Assembly: GCF_036588685.1 (NCBI RefSeq) | Contig: NC_086379.1 | Coordinates: 55,304,001-55,368,000 of the forward strand | Length of the DNA stretch: 64,000 bases | Source of the DNA: Mytilus trossulus | Lineage: Eukaryota | Direction: 5' to 3' | In this document: positions 1 through 14,195 of the stretch, piece by piece | How positions within the stretch are numbered: position 1 is the stretch's first letter | Layout of the letters: each line of letters begins with the position of its first letter | Notes under the pieces: model-generated | Database searches by the model: none | Told to the model about the DNA's origin: nothing | What the model saw: only the letters and a program-made list of their open reading frames with translations | Position numbers and translations under genes: made by a program

Positions 1-300
1 AGAAGATGTGGTATGATTGCCTATGAGATAACTATCCACAAAAGACCAAAATGACACAAACATTAACAACTATAGGTAACCGTACGGCCTTCAACAATTA
101 GCAAAGCTCGTATCGCATAGTCAGCTATAAAAGGCCCCGATAAGACAATGTAAAACAATTCAAACGAGAAAACTAACGGCCTTATTTATGTAAAAAAAAT
201 GAACGGAAAACAAATATGTAACACATAAACAAACGACAACCAATAAATTATAGACTCCTGACTTGGGACAGGCACATACATAAATAATGGGGCGGGGTAT
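1..300 (-). mobile_element. Dispersed repeat family A (AGAAGATGTGGTATGATTGCC... on +), probable 3' tail of a Penelope-like retroelement; cut by window start
   Basis: Near-identical to 59730-60040 and to the reverse complement of 4398-4637 and 12488-12608. One end is fixed (…CATACCACATCTTCTTTTT), the other is variable. Confidence 0.8.
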
Positions 301-1469
301 AGACTCTTTAAGTTATACATAAACAAGAATTTTTGTATATTAACGTTAGAAGCTATATATTTTATTGTCATAGGGTTGTCTATAAAACCTTATTATTTTT
401 AACAAACAAAAGTTCGTTATTTCATGTGTGTACCATAAGCCTTTCAGCAACATTCAGGTTGGCTGTATTGTAGACGTGACCGCCTTATAACTGAGAAATA
501 AAACACAAAATCATAAATAGGACCTTTCTAACCAAAATAAAATTAGTTTGAAAGTAAAGCTATGTTTTGCAAAAGTCTATCAAAATTTCATTCAACAAAA
601 ACAACAAATAAAATGCATGACATTTTGATGCTTCGTGCACGATGAGTGCCTCACTGTGTGGTGTCTTTGGATGTAATAAAAGTGGTAACTTTTGGAAACT
701 TGAAAAACACAATTCAATATAAAACCATAGAGCTATGTGTTTTATCATTACAAACGGCTATATGCAGTGCAAAAAAGCCAAGAATGATGTATGATATAAT
801 TAGCGTCTTTGTCAGTCATATCCCCGTTTATCATTTGTAAACAACAGTTCATTATTTCAATACTATACACACCGTGATTGCAATAAGGTTTTATATGGTT
901 AAGCATGGGAAATAATCATAGTCTGTTGTTCAGTGAATTTATGATTCTGCGTTTAGAATCAGGATTTGTGAAAGTTTTATGCCCCTGATTGCTCGTTTTT
1001 TCAGTCCTACGGGTTAATAAGAAAGTTAGTTAATTTGTACATTTCAGTAAAATAAATCATGAAGTTATTAAATCACAATACTTAACGGGTTAACGCCTCT
1101 ACAAACTAAATTTGACAGATTGATTGCACTGCCTGCATATCGACATTCATTGTCACTTCTCTGAATTCATCATGTATGACGGAACGTACGTCTTACGACC
1201 ATTACTTATGGAATCAAACAAACAATCATATTTTCATTTTGGTAGCATTCCAAATTATTTGAATTGAGTAATTCTTTTTGTTATTGTATAAGATTGTAAA
1301 ACTGTTAAAAGTACACATATAAGTATGGAATGTATTCCATACAACATTTTTTCATCCAAATAAAATTACACACAAATAATTGAATATTTAAATCAAATAG
1401 GATATTTTAGTGCATCTCGCTTGTCAGCTTATTAAAGTTTAGAACTCAATTGTAACATCTATGTGATGT

Positions 1470-1670
1470 AAAATTGAGAATGGAAATGGGGAATGTGTCA
1501 AAAAGACAACTATTCGACCAAAGTGTAACAAAAGGTAACGGACAACCATTTTTATAGATATAGGAATATGTAGTGTGAGTGCCAATGAGACAACTCTCCA
1601 TCCAAGTCACAATTTAAAAAAAGGAAACCATTATAGGTCAATGTACGGTCTTCGACACGGAGCCTTGGAG
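1470..1670 (-). mobile_element. Fragments of repeat family D (AAAATTGAGAATGGAAATGGGG) followed by a family A variant
   Basis: Matches 39596-39750 and 49025-49112 (D), and 14196-14425 and 29975-30130 (A variant). Confidence 0.7.
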
Positions 1671-3190
1671 AACAACATGTATGATTAAAAGTATCATTAA
1701 AAACACAACACAACATAATATGGTACATGTACATTGTAATTTAATGAAGAGTCATTCAAATCAAATCTAAAAATTATTGATAAATGAATTCCGAACTTGA
1801 ACGAGTTGTATCATCTGCATTTGAGTACAGTCCCTCCTTGTAGAACTAAAAGGCAGAAACAAATTAACTCATATATGAAAAAAATATTTATTATAATATC
1901 GTTAGAAAAAACAAAACGAAGTAAAGAATACGTCAAAATGAAAGTTTAAGAGTACAATCAAACTGATTTTAGAAAAATAAAAAAAAGATATATTTTGGCA
2001 AAATATTTCATAGTTTAGGTCATAATCAATAGTAGTTCACTTTCGAAAAACGAAAACAGCGAAATGGGGACATGGTAGTTTTCACTTTAAACAGTTATGT
2101 ATTGGCATTTTTTTAATGGTCCGTAATTTGTCGCATTTCTGGATTTTCATTAGAAAAAAAACAACCACACACAGATTTTATAATATTGTTTGACACTCGT
2201 GTATTGTATAAAAGAATAGAAAATGAAATCGCTGCTACCTCTGATTAAGAATTTGTTCCCTCCTCTGTTTTAAAAGATTGTATAAAAACAAAATAGTAAA
2301 TAGAATATATACAATCAAATTTACAAATTATGATCATGCGAAGCTCATGTTCTTTTTCTAAATTATAAGCCATTGCAATATGTATCAAGCAATGATTTTG
2401 TCTACAACTTCAATATTTTTAATATTGGCACTTTTTGTGCCTTCTTAAACTGTAATAAACAAGGATCCAATTATATATTCAAAAACATTTTTTTTTTTAA
2501 CTTTATGTTATAAAATCAGAAAAAGAAAAGTAGGGCTTAGCTTTTCGAATATTCGACTTAAAGGTGAAAAAGGGAACACGCGAACATCTTTAATCTGCAA
2601 TTCCACGATAAAAAGTAATTCTGAAAGGAATTCAGGTTAACTGTGGTTAACATGGTTTGACCTTTCCTTTATCTGATGTTTCACAAATTAGAAATAACAG
2701 CAACGTACAAAATCCATAGACATGACGCAATACAATGTGCGTTCTATATGTTTTTCTTTGATCTTCAACGTATATCTGCAATATATTTGTTTGCGTATGT
2801 AGCTCAATATGTCATAACATCTGTTTTTATATATGAAATGTTCATAACATATTTAAATAAAAAGCAAAACATCGACACTGCCTGCGCAAAATCGTCAAGC
2901 TAAAACATCGGCTGAAAATCAAGCAAGATTTCTCATGACTGGATCCCGGAGTTAGTGCTATAAAACCATGTTTGATGAAAAAGAACAGTTTATATAGTAA
3001 TTTTAAAGTGTGGGAATGAATCACACCTCGTCACATAAAAAAAGCGAAGGGAATCAACTTCAAAGGACAGGTAATACGTTAATTTGTAGTACTTTGTATC
3101 ACTTAAATATAAGTGATTGGTTTTTTAGTTTTTTTTTTTTTTAAATTTGAACCATGTTTAACGATGATAAACCAATGGTTAGTGCAATTA

Positions 3191-3555
3191 GAGCCACGGT
3201 GTAGTGGTAAGCGCATCAGACTACTTACACACAGGTTCCTGGTTCGATCCCCGTTCCGGGGTGATAATTTTAGAGACTGGATTTTTGGCTTTCCGTTAAC
3301 CCCATATACGAGCATAGTCTTGAAGAATCGATGANNNNNNNNNNNNNNNNNNNNNNNNNNNNNNNNNNNNNNNNNNNNNNNNNNNNNNNNNNNNNNNNNN
3401 NNNNNNNNNNNNNNNNNNNNNNNNNNNNNNNNNNNNNNNNNNNNNNNNNNNNNNNNNNNNNNNNNNCCTTATAGATTTCGAAAAAGAGCAGGTAATCGCT
3501 GCTACAAGGCAGCACTCGCACCCCCAAAGTGGAAAGGGATTAATAGTAGTTGGAA
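3191..3555 (+). mobile_element. tRNA-derived SINE spanning the assembly gap
   Basis: Pol III A-box-like GTGTAGTGGTAAGCG (~3199-3213) and B-box GGTTCGATCCC (3241-3251). No proper anticodon arm or acceptor stem. GC-richer body continues after the N gap (…GCTACAAGGCAGCACTCGCACCC…GGAAAGGGATTAA). Confidence 0.7.
3335..3466. other. Assembly gap (132 N)
   Basis: Run of n. Confidence 1.
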
Positions 3556-4397
3556 TGACTCATTTCCCAATTCTCTATAAATAACATATATTAAAACAAA
3601 TGACCAACCAACGAGACAAGTATTATTTGTTTTATTAAAGAAAACTTGTTCTGCTATGCTGCCCTCATGAAGTTTATAAAGAGATGCTGGTGCTAGAAAC
3701 AAAGTTTGGACAGTGCCATGTCATCATTACCAAAAGTGAAGAAAAAACACAGAGATCTGCAATAATTCATCCATGATTCATAGTTAGCTCAACGATAACA
3801 TTACCAATCAATGTTTAAACGCTCAAAATAGAACTAAAATAAACAATTTGGATAGCATATTATTATTTCAAACAGCTTTTATTTAAGATTGCATGGTATA
3901 ACCATCAAAGTTTTGTTGTGTTTTTACTAAAAACAGAGATATATGACAGAATGATGAATACTTTTGCATCATTTTTGTAGTCGGTAATATGTTAATTGAA
4001 AATAAATTAAACGCATAGGACGTTTAGCTGGATAATGGCATAGTTATTTTTCGGCATGTAATTTACGTTTATTTTAATTTTAACTCTTGCCAGTTCCCAT
4101 TCAAACAGTCCATATCAATCACACGAGGTTGAAATTATTTTTTGTTTACAAGTGTTAAGATTTGTAAGGTAACTTTTAATTAGTGCAGGCTATTTACATC
4201 AACCCCTGAATGAAATAACAAACTACCTATTTAATTGTCAATTACTAGTATTATCTTCATTTACAGCCACTTAATAATATTTTTTCATTAGATAAATGAA
4301 ATAGTGAAAAAATGTATTCCTTTTGACTTCATCAAGAACGCTCACACATATATTTAAATACCGGATAACGGATACAGTTTAAAAAATGTGGACTAAT

Positions 4398-4637
4398 GTT
4401 TGTTTATGTGCTACATATTTGTTTTTCGTTCATTTTTTTTACATAAAAAAGGCCGTTAGTTTTCTCGTTTGAATTGTTTTACATTGTCTTATTGGGACCT
4501 TTTATATCTGACTATGCGGTGTATGCTTCTCATTGTTGAAAGCCGTACGTTGACCTATATTTGTTAATGTCTGTTTCATTTCGGCCTCTTGTGGATAGTT
4601 GTTTCATTGGCATTCATACCACATCTTCTTTTTATAT
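4398..4637 (+). mobile_element. Repeat family A copy
   Basis: Reverse complement of 1-240. Confidence 0.8.
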
Positions 4638-4684
4638 ACAAAGTTAAACCCTTATTATAAAAATTAAATTTAAAGTCAACTGTG

Positions 4685-4812
4685 AATGCCTGTACCGATT
4701 CAGGAATGTATGATAGTTGTTATATATTCGTTTGATGGGTTTAACCTTTTGACTTTGCCATTTTATTAGGGACTTTCCGTTTTGAATTCTCCTCGGAGTT
4801 CAGTACTTTTAC
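4685..4812 (+). mobile_element. Repeat family C copy
   Basis: Reverse complement of 6447-6600 and 24940-25085. Confidence 0.7.
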
Positions 4813-6446
4813 TCAGCTTGTTACTTTGAAATAGTAGAGGTTGCACGTTGTGAACATAGTAGTTTCTTAAACCACGCCTCTTTTTGGGAGATTTATAATA
4901 TTCAAAGATTATTGATTTTGTTCACATACTGGTACACAGTTCTGATCTAAAATTTGTATCTCATAGAGACATAACTTTGGAATGTTAATATTGAAATTTG
5001 TGGTAACCCTACAGTCGAGGAAGGGGTAGTTAAGAAATTTAGTGTAATTTCAAACTCTTCGAACTAGGGGCATATACACGTTGATCATATGCCGCACATC
5101 CCTATATTTTGACCTTTTAAAACAATAGTAGTGCCTATGAATTTTCTAACGGGAGTTTCTATCGGAAAATGCATTGTCAATATTTACAGAAATGCAACCG
5201 AGAAGTCGACTTCCTTAATTTAGAATGATAGCACGATTGAATCATGTAATTATCAAACTTTGATACATGTGTACGTACATGTAAGTGTTATGTACTTTAG
5301 TAATGTGGATATATTGATTTATTGTTGGAGCAACCTTGCAAGTTTTGTATTATATGAGACACTTAAGAAATAATCGGTTAAATGAAAATAACACTATGAG
5401 ATTGTTCTCCTTATCTAACAATATTTATTAATATCATCAAGGTAAACCATATTTATATGCGTGTTTACATGTACTCAATATTTGTGGCAATTAAGCCATT
5501 TATATTGCACAAAACATTGTAAAGTTCAGAATAGGTACATACAGACTCATTTTTTTCTGAACTGAAAAGTTGAATATTTATTTGAAGTAATATTTCAATA
5601 CAAAGATGTGGTATAATTGACAATCATACAGTTATCCCCACAGTTCAAATAGGATGAATGTACATGTATTGATAGAATGGTTGACATGATTATGTAATGA
5701 CATGAAAATTTTGTAATTGTAATATTTTGGTAAAATAAAATGAGCGTGTTCAATCTGTGATTGCCTTTGATTGTTAATTCCAAATAGGTAAGGTGTATCT
5801 CTATTGTACGCGAGCTTCTTTGATTAAACTGTGCAAGTTTTAAGTATCAATGCTCATATGTTTGAATAAGTATGAATAGGGAAATCCAGAGGTGTTGTCT
5901 AGACCTCTTCCCAATTGAATCTTACTCCTTTTGAATTTAAATAAACTTTAACGTGATTCAGCGTTGATTACAATAATCAAAGTTCATTCAAGTCATGTCA
6001 TATTGTTGCCGAACTTCTAATTTGATAGCTGTTATAATATAAAACAAATACTTATTACATCAAGTATATCTAAGTGCAATGTTATATAACAAGTATATCA
6101 GCATAAGTGTTGCTCCAACTTCGATTGTTACTTGGTTTTTTTTACAGACTAGGTGCTTGTCTTGTTAATTAAATACCCGATGACTTCAAACAAAGTATAT
6201 GCTTAGAAACTAATAGACAACAAACATGTTATTTCTTTATTTCTTACGTGAAAATAGAAAACAACTTTAAACAGGTTATTTGTAATTAATAGAAATGGAT
6301 TCTACAAGTACCATATTGGTTTATTTAACAAGGGATATCGTATATTATTAGCGTTTTAATTATTTTGAACATACTATTATTAAAGATAACGTCTTTGTCA
6401 TTTGTTATTTTACATTCAGTACGTTTTCGTCATTTGTTCGTTTGAG

Positions 6447-6660
6447 AAAAAGTAAAATCACAAATATGCTTGACTCCGAGGAAAATTCAAAAAGAAAAGT
6501 CCCTAATCAAATGGCAAAAACAATATCTCAAACACATCGAATGAATGGATGACAACTGTCATATTTCTAACTTGGTACATGACTTGGCACAGGTGTTTTC
6601 TAATGTAGAAAACGGTGGATGAAACCTGGTTTTACAGCTAGCTAATCCTTTCAATTATAT
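6447..6660 (-). mobile_element. Repeat family C (AAAAGTAAAATCACAAAAATACTGAACTCCGAGG… on +)
   Basis: Matches 24940-25140, 10510-10635 and 36290-36400; inverted copies at 31540-31700 and 54250-54500. Confidence 0.75.
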
Positions 6661-7304
6661 AATAAAATTCTCTTCGTTTCAATACTGAAATATCTTAACG
6701 TCACAGGGTAGTTTATCGTCTTTCCATTTGTCTTTTTTTCAAAAACAAATAATAACCTTCAAAAGCTCACGATGCTTGTTTGTCGGTAACAATTTCGCCA
6801 TTAGTGCACTACTGGTAAAAAATAATCCCGAACTTGGAGTTCTCTTCCTCAGCTTTTTCAGGTACCGGTAAAAGAAAGATTTGTTGAATGGTGTATTACA
6901 AAAAATCGACCGATTTGTGATAATATGCTGATTAAACATTGAATGGCAAAGATGCTATGCTCCAATGTCCTTTCCTTGCGACCTGTGTAAGGTTTGGCAC
7001 TATTTAACTTATATAATTGATATGCAGACCAATTATGTTGAATCTGAAGATTTAATTATTGTTTCAGCAGTTGTTTGTCTGGTTATTGTAAGAATTGATG
7101 ACGTCATTCACAAAGTAAGATTCGAAATTTATAGACAGTCAAAATAAGTTTTCTCGCACGGTCTCGAATCAAAATTAAAAAATGTGAATACAGGTTGTTT
7201 ATCGTAAGCATTTATTCTTCCAGAAAACTATACACTCTGTTTAAAAATCATAGCACATGAGCAAATGGGCATATTGGCACTAATAACACATCTTCCTATA
7301 TAAC

Positions 7305-7443
7305 TTTTGGGAATTTTGGGTCCTCAAAGCTCTTCAACTGTGTAATTGTTTGGCTTTATTACTTTGTTGTTTCTGAGCGACATTGGTGAGTCTTATGTAG
7401 ACGAAATGCGCGTCTGGCGTATTTAATCATAATAATGGTACCT
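7305..7443 (+). mobile_element. 5'-truncated retrozyme copy with degenerate hammerhead (core TTGGTGA)
   Basis: 7376-7420 reads GCGACA TTGGTGA GTCTTATGTAGAC GAAA TGCGCG TC TGGCGT; flanks match the 34.8-36.1 kb unit. Confidence 0.85.
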
Positions 7444-10400
7444 ATCTATGTTTGATCTACTGAAACAACCGATTATATTTCAAGTGATATTAATTGTTAT
7501 TGATTTCGATTCTACAATTGAGCTTTTGTTATTTTTATTATGTCTTCATTTCGTAATTACCTATGAATAGCAAACACTTCTCTTTCAATTACTCTTATAT
7601 TTGTATAACCTGTTCCATTTCCCTGTCTGCTTGTAAATAAGATCACTTTATTTCGACACAAGACTATCCCATAGTTACAAATAAGTTAAATTGCTTGCCA
7701 GTTGTTATTGGTTTCTTCAAAAGATCTAGGGACACATTGTTCGTCTTTCATATGTATGAGCTGGAATAAACAAGCACATTCCAAATTCGTCATACGTATT
7801 TGTTGGTAGTTACAGAGGATCTTATTCAAATCTTATGGCATTTGAATGATTTGATAAATAAATGCATTTTACGCTTTTGGTTTTTACAGAAATATAACAA
7901 TGCCCAATAATAAAATTACATTTCTTTCTATTTTTTCAATTTGAATTGAGAACAACTAATCAAGATCATCTCAATTCATCTGTCAATAAATAGTATATCG
8001 TGGTATATGTTAAATAAAACAGATAGATTTCATAAATTGGAGAATGAAAATCATTGTTCGAGGAAGCAATACAAAGAGTAAACATATGCAAAAGTAATAT
8101 AACCAAACAACTAGTCCTGTATATGCATGATATGTACACAGAGAATAACAGACCCAGCAACCGACACACTAAATTGACTGCAAAATTAAATGATATGCTG
8201 AGTTAGGGTAAACTAGTAGCTAGTACCCATTGTGCCTGCGATAAACACGACATTGTCAGAAAGAAAACAATGTACATCTCCGTAGTAATCTGTGGAACAA
8301 ATAATCCATTATTGTATAAAACGTTTCATTAATTGTTATAACTATTGTTGACGAACATGTTTTGTGTATTTCAAATAAGTGTCAGTCTCTAATTAAATGC
8401 ACATAGTAACAGACAGCAACTGCGTGAGGTATGCATTAAACATCTGTACAAGTTTGTTAATTAGCAATTGAATAGCCTCGAACTTATCATATTCTACATA
8501 AATGAACTCAGTGATGCACTCTTAATTGTTAACTACGTACTTATGTCAGCTGTGTGCATAAATGTATAACCATTCTGTCATTTTGACAAAGTACAGCAGT
8601 CTTGTAAATTTATTCATTTATTTATTCATTTATTCATTTTTACACATATAAGAATTTTTACATTTTTAACAATAGTAAATTAGCAGATTTATATAGAAAC
8701 AGGGATAACATATGTTTAATCTAATTCTAGCAAACCCAAGAACGTTAACGTGTTGTAAGGCAACATTTACGCGTTATATTTGCTTAATTGGTGTGATTAA
8801 CTATTCAAATTGATATGATTTGTATATATGCCGTTGCCATACAAGATTTTTACGGAGAGAACGAACCTACTCTGCGTAGATTTATTGATGCTTTATTATG
8901 CATATTTCTTCAGATTATACGATGTTGTATATAAATAAATCTTTTGCAGATTTGTTTTCATGCTTTTTGAATTAAAATATTGGAAAGGAGATAGCTAGAT
9001 TACTATTTAAAGATTTGAAATGTCGATTTAAATCTCAGTATTGACCGCTCGAAGAAATATATATATAGAACTCAAAAAGAAATTCAAAAATGGAAAAGAT
9101 TATAAAACTAAAAAAAACAAATCGCTTGACTGTATCAACTTTTGCAAGAACATCAAAATAATTGTAATATTTCTGACTACTTTTCGAAAAATTACAAACG
9201 TTTATACTGACCTAGGTATTTTTGTAGCGATAAAGTAGTATGGGTGTTGATTGTATATAGTTCCTTGGCACACATTTAGTGCCTTCTATTGAAAAAAACA
9301 ATATATTACATTTGTATCTACAGAGTTTTATAATTTGCAAACTTGGCCTTTCGAGCACATAACCTCAACTTCTGACTTTATTTAGTTTGAGACTAATTTA
9401 GGAAAGTTAGCGCATTGAAAGTCTCCTAATCATATCACAGTATTTTGTATTACTTGAATGCAGTATTGGATGAATGAAACACTACGCATAAACAAGACAT
9501 ACGTGAATGGCGCACTGACAGTTCGTATAAACAAGTATATTCTGGTTGTATGGTGATTGTTATTCCGTATTGTTTATGTTACTCTTTACACGTCGTTAAG
9601 AACACACGTGATTGAGATATATATTCCCGTCAGAAAAAAGAGATATTTCTAGTATTTGTATTTGTAAATTTTTGAAATATGACATTCTGCACCAAAACAG
9701 ATTTTAGTTAGTATTCAAAGCAGTATTTTTTTTAAAATTCTATAGGAAACTGCCTTCAACAACAACGGAAAATGATGCATGATATGTGAATGCATTTTTG
9801 GTGTAGGTTAAGTGCCAGGCTCTGAGAGAGTAAAAGTTTAATAAAGGCAATATTTCTCAACCTGAGAATATATCCTTAAACAGTCGGAGCTGTTCCTTTA
9901 TGTTGAGCGGGAAATAACATTTCAGGTATGTTGAATGAAAAAGGACAGGCTGCAGCGAGTTTACGGTTGAATATCGACGCTTTCTGAACAATATCTGATT
10001 GTTGTCGTGATTAAATTATTTGTTTTACTAATTTTAAATAAAGTTTGAATTTCCATCCACGATTCACAGGATCTTGATCAGACTTTTGACAAATTTCAAT
10101 CGGGAATGATCCTGTCAAGGACGGCAGTAAAAATCGTGAATGTGTGACCCCAGCCTAACTGTCGGGGTGCTTTGTAGAACTATTCGGACCGTTCCCGACC
10201 AGTAGGAATCTGTTACGAACTAAAACGACTGCGTTCAGACAATAACAGGACATTCCAGATAATAAAGAATACTTATCCTACTTTTTCACTTTTGGTGTCA
10301 AATCGCTGTCTGATCTCAAACTGGAGAGCAACAATCGGCAATGTGTGAACCCCGCATTATATAATTTTTGAAAGTTGTAAACTATTTATATGATAAATGT

Positions 10401-11961
10401 GTATACTAAATCGGAATATAATATCAAGTAAAATAAGTAGATTATATATAAAAGAAGCGTGAACATCCTGCACCGGGGAAACGGATACAATTAGTTCTTC
10501 TACATGTCAAAATTAAAATATTCCAATGAAAGGGCACAGTCAAAGCTCAAACATATCAAATGAAAGGATAAAAACTGTCATATTCCTGACTTGGTTTGGG
10601 CATTTTTTTATGTAGAAAATGGTGGATTAAATATGTTCTTCCTTTGATCTATTCGACACTAAACTTTTCTAACGTAACAGTTTGGAAATTGTCTTGCGTT
10701 TGGTTTTTGTTTTGTTTTCTAGAGAAATTTATGACCTTCAGAAAAAATAAATATACTTGTTTTTCGGTTACATTTTCGTCATGCGTGCACTCCTGGCAAT
10801 AGTTGATTATATTTATTTGAGTAATATGTATACCAATTTGTTAACCTACATTTGTAATTGAATCTGAAGTTTTGATTATTTTTTCAGCAGTTGTTTGTAT
10901 GGTTAATTGCAGAACCGACGACGTCATTAGAAATAAAATTAGAAATTATCTGAAAGTAAAATAATTATTTCGCACTGGCGAATTAACAGAATAATATTTT
11001 AAACAGTTTGTTTATATAAAACACATACCATATTCCTACAGTTGAGCTTTGCACTCTGTTTATAAACGATACCATGTTTCTTGATCCACTGGCACATCCG
11101 AGTTAATTCGCGAGTGTTATTGATTGTTGATGACTGAGATTTCAAAATTTAATTCTAATTGTTATTATTATATATAAGAAGATGTGGTATGAGTGTCAAA
11201 GAAACAACTTTCCAACTAAGTCACAAACTGTTAAAGTAAACCATTCTAGGTCAAAATAAGATCTTCAACACTGAGCCTGAGTTCACACTGTTCAGGATTA
11301 TGTCTACATTTCATAATTACATAACAGTTACCAACGCATCTTTTAAGCCATTCTTTTATTTGTTTAACCTGCTGCAATTAGCTGATCTCTTTGTTATAGT
11401 GATCTCTTTATTTCGACACATGTCTACCTTATAGTAATGTATTAGATTATCTTTTTACCAATTGTTGTTGTTTCGTCTAAAGATCTAAAGACAAACGTTC
11501 GTCTTTGATGTGCTGGAATAACGCAAAACATCCAATACTCATCACATGTGTTTGCCGGTTATATGTTTGAAAAGGGTCTTTCTCTCTGTATAATTTAAAC
11601 TTTAAGGTTATTGTGATTGAATATTGAAATATAATTTCTTTTGATAGAATTTTATATAAATTTATATCAGACTTTCTTTTTTTACGAACATATTACCAAT
11701 GATGATAAAAAAGGTCTTTCTTTATTTTATTTTCAGATTTAAAAGACTTACTGATAGAAGAAAAACAAAACTTGTCGATGACAAAGATATGTCTTCTTTC
11801 GTGAGCATATTTAAACTACGCAAGGCAGAAATCAAGGGAAGAATCAAAATTATTGTTCAAATCAAAAAAGGCAAAACGCGAAAAATTGTAAAACTTCATA
11901 CAAGTAAACCATTAACACTTAATACATTCGTTTGATGTGTTTGAGCTTTTGATTTTGCCTC

Positions 11962-12031
11962 GGGGTGACAGGATTGATCAAAGAAAGACCTCCCTCCGGT
12001 CGGTCTTTCATTTGATCAATCCTGACACCCC
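11962..12031. repeat. 70-nt near-perfect inverted repeat (hairpin)
   Basis: GGGGTGACAGGATTGATCAAAGAAAGACC, 11-nt loop, GGTCTTTCATTTGATCAATCCTGACACCCC. Confidence 0.9.
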
Positions 12032-12487
12032 TCGGTGTGTTCTACGACAAGAAAAACCTTAAAATATGCATTATCTATAACATAATATCATTGTGTTTAG
12101 TAAAATGTACCTCAATTAAAAGAAACGCACTCTAACCTTTAAAAGTTTCATCTCTATTATAATTCTATTTTATTTATAATTAACATTATCAGAGTATTTG
12201 CTTTTTTCAGTTAAAAATTGGAAAAAAGTTCCCGAATCCGATCCTTTTTTTTCAATATACATCGTTTTTTACGAATTCACAAACTTTAAAAAAATTTTGT
12301 CATCTGAAGCACTCTCTAGATCTGAATTAACCTACATCATGATAGCCTCAACCAAGCAGTTTGCAAACAATGAATTGATAAATAAGTAGAAAAAGTAATA
12401 GCTATATGACACACATGAGACAACAACTGTTTCCTAGATTTATGCATGAATATAGTGACAACCAGAACATACATTTGTTAGGTATAT

Positions 12488-12608
12488 ATGGGCTTTGCTC
12501 ATTGTTGAAGGTCGTTCGGTGACCTATACTTGTTAATGTTTGTGTCATTTTGGTCTTTAGTGGATAGTTGTCTCATTGGCAATCATACCACATCTTCTTT
12601 TTTATATA
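12488..12608 (+). mobile_element. Repeat family A copy
   Basis: Reverse complement of 1-110. Confidence 0.8.
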
Positions 12609-14195
12609 TAAATGTCAAAGTATAAAACAGCCGACTGTGCAAGGGCGGTATAACCAGTCAAGGTCGTTAAAAACTTCCATTTGTTGTTGCAGAGAAATCT
12701 CAATCAATAAGAATAAACATAACTTGATTTTATGTTTAAAAATATTTAATAAAGTTTTTAATGCAGATTTGGAATTAAAATTTCCAAGGGCTAAAACATA
12801 TATTCAGGAAGGAAAGGAGACAGCTCTTTAATTTACAGGGATTACTTTAAAAAGGGAACACACCAATAGTCTCATTAAAATACCAAAGTAACCTTTTTCA
12901 TTAAATTATGTAGTGGGTGAATGAAACATTGCACGAAAAATTCATACGTTAATGGCGCACTGACAGCTCGTACAAACAAGAATATTCTAGTTGTGTTGTG
13001 ATTGCTATTCAGTATGGTTTATGTAAGTATTTTCACTACGTAAATTACGCAGATGATTGAGATACATTTTCCATTCAGAATGAAGATATATTCATTATCG
13101 TTTCAGTATTGTCTATTGTAATATTAAGTAGATTATTTTTGACAAGCTGTATGCCAAGACGTATGTTAAGTGGTTAACTGATAAATTATGGTAGATGTTT
13201 TGTGATTATTTCTCATGTGTAAAGTTTTGCAGTCAATCCATATGATATCTATAATATTTAATATATTATATAAGACTCACGAATGTGACTAACAAAGGAC
13301 ATGCTGTATCAAAACTAAAAGTTTATAATTAAAGAATATTTAACACAATTCTATATAATATAAATAATGCCCTCAACAACAACGAATAATGATGCACAAC
13401 ATGTTGATGCGTCTTGTAGAGTAAGTGTCATTCTCTCTGTAGGTAAGATGTTGATGAATGCAAAATGACTGCACCTATCGAATCGCTTTTACCACAGAAC
13501 CTATATATACAATCAATATAAACATTATACTTGGCAACTTTTTTTACGCCAAGGGTGTGAAATGGTGAACGCTGAATGTTGAATTAGCAAAAACTAATCA
13601 ACCAACCGATCTATCAATCACATGCAAGTACTAGTAGATTTAATGTCAGATTTGTTCCTTTAATGAAATAATTTGAGCGGAAAATAACATTGTCCGCCTT
13701 TTTGAAAAATAAAATTGAAAGACAGCAGCGAGTATCAAGTTACAGGGTCTATATATGTAATGAAAATAAGTTTGTTTTCTCTCGTTTAAATAAAGCATAA
13801 AACAAAGATGAAAGTTAATGATTAGAAGTGCAGACTGCACGACCGCAATTATAAACAGGTTAATTCTCGAGAATTTGTTTAATCGTTAATCACACGGTTG
13901 TATGAATACATGAAGCCAGGGATGACGGATGAGATTATTGTTTAATACTTTTATTTGACAGTCGTTTCATCGTTATATCATTATTAAACAAGACGACTAT
14001 GTTTCAGTACAACACACACAGCGATCGGTTAAGTATGTGGAACACTCGTCGTTCTAAGTTAATTTATGCGACTACGTTTAGAATTATGTCTTATGAGTGA
14101 TTGATGTCTGCGATTAAGTGTTTCTAGTCTTCCAAATATATACAAAAACTTTGTTGGATATTTACACTTTAGCAAAATCAATCTTGAAGTCACAT

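Larger units (their letters stand above)
6450..13750 (+). repeat. Diverged tandem duplication with a unit of ~3.5-4 kb (6.45-10.0 kb vs 10.5-13.75 kb)
   Basis: Collinear matches: 7040 GAATCTGAAG…TCAGCAGTTGTTTGT vs 10860; 7648 TTTATTTCGACACA vs 11407; 9506 AATGGCGCACTGACAG vs 12951; 9752 GCCTTCAACAACAACG vs 13369; 9903 TTGAGCGGGAAATAACATT vs 13673. Confidence 0.85.

Noticed and set aside
3191-3262. tRNA gene
   Set aside because: Has A/B boxes but no canonical anticodon arm or acceptor stem, and continues into a SINE-like body
7099-7106. CRE site TGACGTCA (also near 18676 and 24219)
   Set aside because: An 8-mer with no linked promoter; the paralog at 10917 is imperfect
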